Source: a virus
Direction: 5' to 3' (one strand)
Virus record (IMG/VR): IMGVR_UViG_3300002026_000087
DNA: 36,476 nucleotides
Below the pieces are notes generated by a model. That model was not told where the DNA came from, made no database searches, and saw only the letters and a list, made by a program, of their open reading frames with translations. The stretch's first letter is position 1. Every line of letters begins with the position of its first letter. Both the position numbers and the translations under genes were made by a program. Of the stretch, positions 34,460 to 36,476 are shown in pieces.

Positions 34460-35358
34460 AAAATATTCTCCTCTTGCATTTTGTTTTCTAAAAAAGCTAT
34501 AATTTCATATTTTTCATTATCAGGTAACGCTCTAATCTCTAATGAAGTATTAAAATTCAATTCTTTTTTTAATCCCTCTACTTTATTTTCTTCGTAGTTA
34601 TTGGTTAATCTTTTCATACAATAACAAATTCTATCGAATAACTTATCAGTTTGAGGGGCCAACGGTGCTACTGCACCTGACTCATTCCATGTCTTAATCT
34701 TTCTGCCTATCTCTTCACTTAATAGGAATGGAGTAGCATCACTAAACATACCCGTACGGTCTTTATCAGTAGTCGCATAATGCTCTTGATTGATCTGAAA
34801 TGCGATAGTCATCTCATAATCAAACCCTTCCCTTGTGATAGTCTTAAGACCTATCTTCTCTACTTTCCCACGTCCACCTTGAGACTTGCCTTCAAAGTTA
34901 TAGTCAATCTTAGACCGACCTGTGGTAATGATGTGGCAACTAGATTGAACTATCGCTTGAATGAACTGATTATGTAATGGAGTTACCTTTGCCCAATTCT
35001 CAAACTTGCCACCTAGCCTAGCGTGAATCTCTAAACAACCGCCTGATCCCTCCCATTCATGAGAGATGCTATCTATTATGATAACTTCGAAGCCTTGTTG
35101 TTCACATGCCTTGATCGCCTCTATGTAGCGTGCAGGGGCGAATGGAGCCTCTAGGGTTAATGTAGAGTACTCACATAGGTTTGAGTATAAGTCTGCACTA
35201 CCATTCTCTGTATCGATTACTACTACCTCAGATGGATCAACGGTTAATCCCTTAGATAATAGTAATGCACTATAGGTCTTACCACTGCCAGATGGACCGA
35301 ATAAACCGATTCTCATCTTAGATATGTGTCTGTTTGCTTTTTTAATAATGAACGCCAT
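34456..35358 (-). CDS. RecA-fold AAA ATPase (AAA_24 / Sak4-like recombination protein)
   Basis: Walker A GPSGSGKT, Walker B EVIIIDSISH, and typical length. An AAAGGA SD is present. Confidence 0.8.
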   Translation of the reverse strand: MAFIIKKANRHISKMRIGLFGPSGSGKTYSALLLSKGLTVDPSEVVVIDTENGSADLYSNLCEYSTLTLEAPFAPARYIEAIKACEQQGFEVIIIDSISHEWEGSGGCLEIHARLGGKFENWAKVTPLHNQFIQAIVQSSCHIITTGRSKIDYNFEGKSQGGRGKVEKIGLKTITREGFDYEMTIAFQINQEHYATTDKDRTGMFSDATPFLLSEEIGRKIKTWNESGAVAPLAPQTDKLFDRICYCMKRLTNNYEENKVEGLKKELNFNTSLEIRALPDNEKYEIIAFLENKMQEENIL

Positions 35359-35388
35359 AATCTATCCTTTGTAAAAGTTTTCGTTAGA

Positions 35389-35628
35389 TTATTTTGACTT
35401 TTTCTTTACAGTTTGTTTAGGGTTTTTATCGTGATTTTTATCAGTTTTCTGTAATTTTTCAGCTAAATCTAGCATCTTTGATTCATTATTAAAAAGTAAT
35501 ACATGCATTCCATTACTCAGATTTCCCCTCCCGAGATTTAAAATTAATTGTCTATATCTTGAGGGAATTCTTACCTTGATATCTGTTTTTGTATCGTAAT
35601 CTATTAAGGGAGGTTGTTTGTAATTCAT
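35389..35628 (-). CDS. Putative ribbon-helix-helix regulator with a basic tail, 79 aa
   Basis: DIKVRIPSRYRQLILNLGRGNLSNGMHVLL fits the strand-helix-helix pattern of Arc/Mnt. It is the first gene of the leftward operon, next to operator-like repeats. Confidence 0.45.
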   Translation of the reverse strand: MNYKQPPLIDYDTKTDIKVRIPSRYRQLILNLGRGNLSNGMHVLLFNNESKMLDLAEKLQKTDKNHDKNPKQTVKKKSK

Positions 35629-35666
35629 AAAGTATTCCTTTGTTAATTATAATTATTTACTCAAGT

Positions 35667-35691
35667 AAAGTGTACAGAAAGTGTACACTTT
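35667..35691. promoter_or_regulatory. Operator candidate: AAAGTGTACA repeated with an 11-bp period (35667-35676, 35678-35687); it also forms the inverted repeat AAAGTGTACA/TGTACACTTT
   Basis: Read directly. It lies between the leftward promoter candidate and the RHH-like gene. Confidence 0.5.
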
Positions 35692-35706
35692 AATGGTGGA
35701 TGAAAG

Positions 35707-35734
35707 ACTATAATACATTAATTTTAAAAATCAA
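35707..35734 (-). promoter_or_regulatory. Leftward early promoter candidate TTGATT-16-TATAGT
   Basis: On the minus strand, -35 is at 35734-35729 and -10 at 35712-35707. Confidence 0.4.
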
Positions 35735-35807
35735 ACTTTTATTCAATACTCGGGCCAATTAGTCAACTAACTATGAACAATTATTCACTTTTAATTCATA
35801 ATTTATT

Positions 35808-35837
35808 TTGACAGATTAATATTTGGGGCCGTATTCT
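35808..35837 (+). promoter_or_regulatory. Rightward early promoter candidate TTGACA-18-TATTCT
   Basis: -35 at 35808-35813 and -10 at 35832-35837, about 80 nt upstream of the initiator ATG. Confidence 0.45.
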
Positions 35838-35918
35838 AATAATTCACATGACTTATATGGAAGGTCATACGGGGTTCTAAAACAAATAACGCAACTACTA
35901 ACAGGTGATAATAATATT

Positions 35919-36476
35919 ATGACGGGGGATAGTCGTATGCAAAATATTGACGGTTTTTGGGGATTCAAGAAAAGAGAAGTCGAGATTTGTAATGGGAAGG
36001 AAACTCATGCTTTAGTATTGAACTATATCATAGCATTGCTAAAGTCATCACAACATCAAGATATAAATAAATTCGACAATAAATATTACGCCAGGCTTAG
36101 TTATTCAAGAATAGCAAAACGTTTCCACTGGATGGGAACTGAAAAAATAAGACACATATTAAGGTATTTAATTAAATGCAACGTATTGGTTAAAAAACAT
36201 GAAATGATAAGAGGAACTGAGTACGTAAACAATTACTATACGCTGAGCAATGACTTATATAAAGAATATACGAATAGTGATGAACTGAATACCTGTATCG
36301 AATTCGATCAGGGGGGGGTCGAATCCGACCTACCTAACGGCGAATCCGACAGGGGGGGGATGTCGAATCCGACAGGGGGGTATGTCGAATCCGACAGGGG
36401 GGGTATGTCGAATCCGACACCATATAATAAGAATACATTAAATAAGAAAAGAAAGAAGAAGGAAGAATATATATGT
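35919..36476 (+). CDS. Replication initiator / replisome-organizer-like protein, 5' part (runs off the window end; continues at 2..478)
   Basis: Open frame from ATG 35919 (alternative ATG 35937 with a GGGGGA SD) to the window end. It carries a winged-helix-like segment, YARLSYSRIAKRFHWMGTEKIRHILRYLIKCNVLVKK. It is missing from the track because no stop occurs in the window. Confidence 0.6.
   Translation, partial: MTGDSRMQNIDGFWGFKKREVEICNGKETHALVLNYIIALLKSSQHQDINKFDNKYYARLSYSRIAKRFHWMGTEKIRHILRYLIKCNVLVKKHEMIRGTEYVNNYYTLSNDLYKEYTNSDELNTCIEFDQGGVESDLPNGESDRGGMSNPTGGYVESDRGGMSNPTPYNKNTLNKKRKKKEEYIC
36303..36420 (+). repeat. Iteron-like array: CGAATCCGAC x5 (36320, 36341, 36364, 36386, 36409) plus one degenerate copy, most followed by A+G6-8
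   Basis: Read directly. Spacings are 21, 23, 22 and 23 bp. The array lies inside the initiator ORF and is translated in two different phases. Confidence 0.9.
36386..36476. repeat. Second copy of the 91-bp terminal overlap
   Basis: Identical to nt 1-91. Confidence 0.95.

Noticed and set aside
36318-36329. tRNA fragment (GTCGAATCC resembles the GGTTCGAATCC T-arm)
   Set aside because: No acceptor, D or anticodon arms can be drawn around any copy. The resemblance is limited to the short dyad.
36303-36420. CRISPR-like array
   Set aside because: The repeat core is only 10-12 bp with spacers of about 10 bp made largely of poly-G. The array lies inside an ORF and there are no cas genes.

Overview
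This window is a complete, circularly closed phage genome. The first 91 nt are identical to the last 91 nt, giving a unique length of 36,385 bp. It is a visibly AT-rich tailed dsDNA phage with a podovirus-type virion module in T7-like gene order. I found no integrase, DNA polymerase, primase, helicase, RNA polymerase, tRNA or CRISPR array. Layout: (1) A rightward early operon starts at about 35808, crosses the circular junction and ends at 2074. It encodes a replication initiator carrying an internal iteron/poly-G array, a G39P-like loader, SSB and small ORFs. (2) One long minus-strand operon runs from 29942 down to 2077. In order it encodes a tiny Lys/Ala-rich histone-H1-like protein, a ParB-domain DNA methyltransferase, TerS, a GNAT, TerL, portal, scaffold, major capsid protein, two paralogous decoration-like proteins (one carrying 3+3 tandem repeat domains), adaptor proteins, fibre, nozzle, three low-complexity internal proteins, a 1192-aa fibre, and a lysis/envelope cassette with no recognisable endolysin. 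(3) A plus-strand accessory island (29959..31720) is bracketed by terminators. It holds an HExxHxxGxxH mini-metalloprotease, a 9-bp tandem-repeat tract, and a three-gene cassette with a near-consensus promoter that ends in a ribbon-helix-helix (RHH) gene. (4) A leftward early operon (35628 down to 31843) encodes an RHH-like regulator, a Sak4-like ATPase, several Zn-ribbon miniproteins, a VRR-NUC nuclease and a multi-zinc-ribbon HNH endonuclease. All functional calls come from motif reading by eye; no database search was possible. The best candidates for follow-up are the origin-like iteron/G-tract array inside the initiator gene, the H1-like miniprotein unit, the accessory island, and the repeat-bearing capsid decoration paralog.
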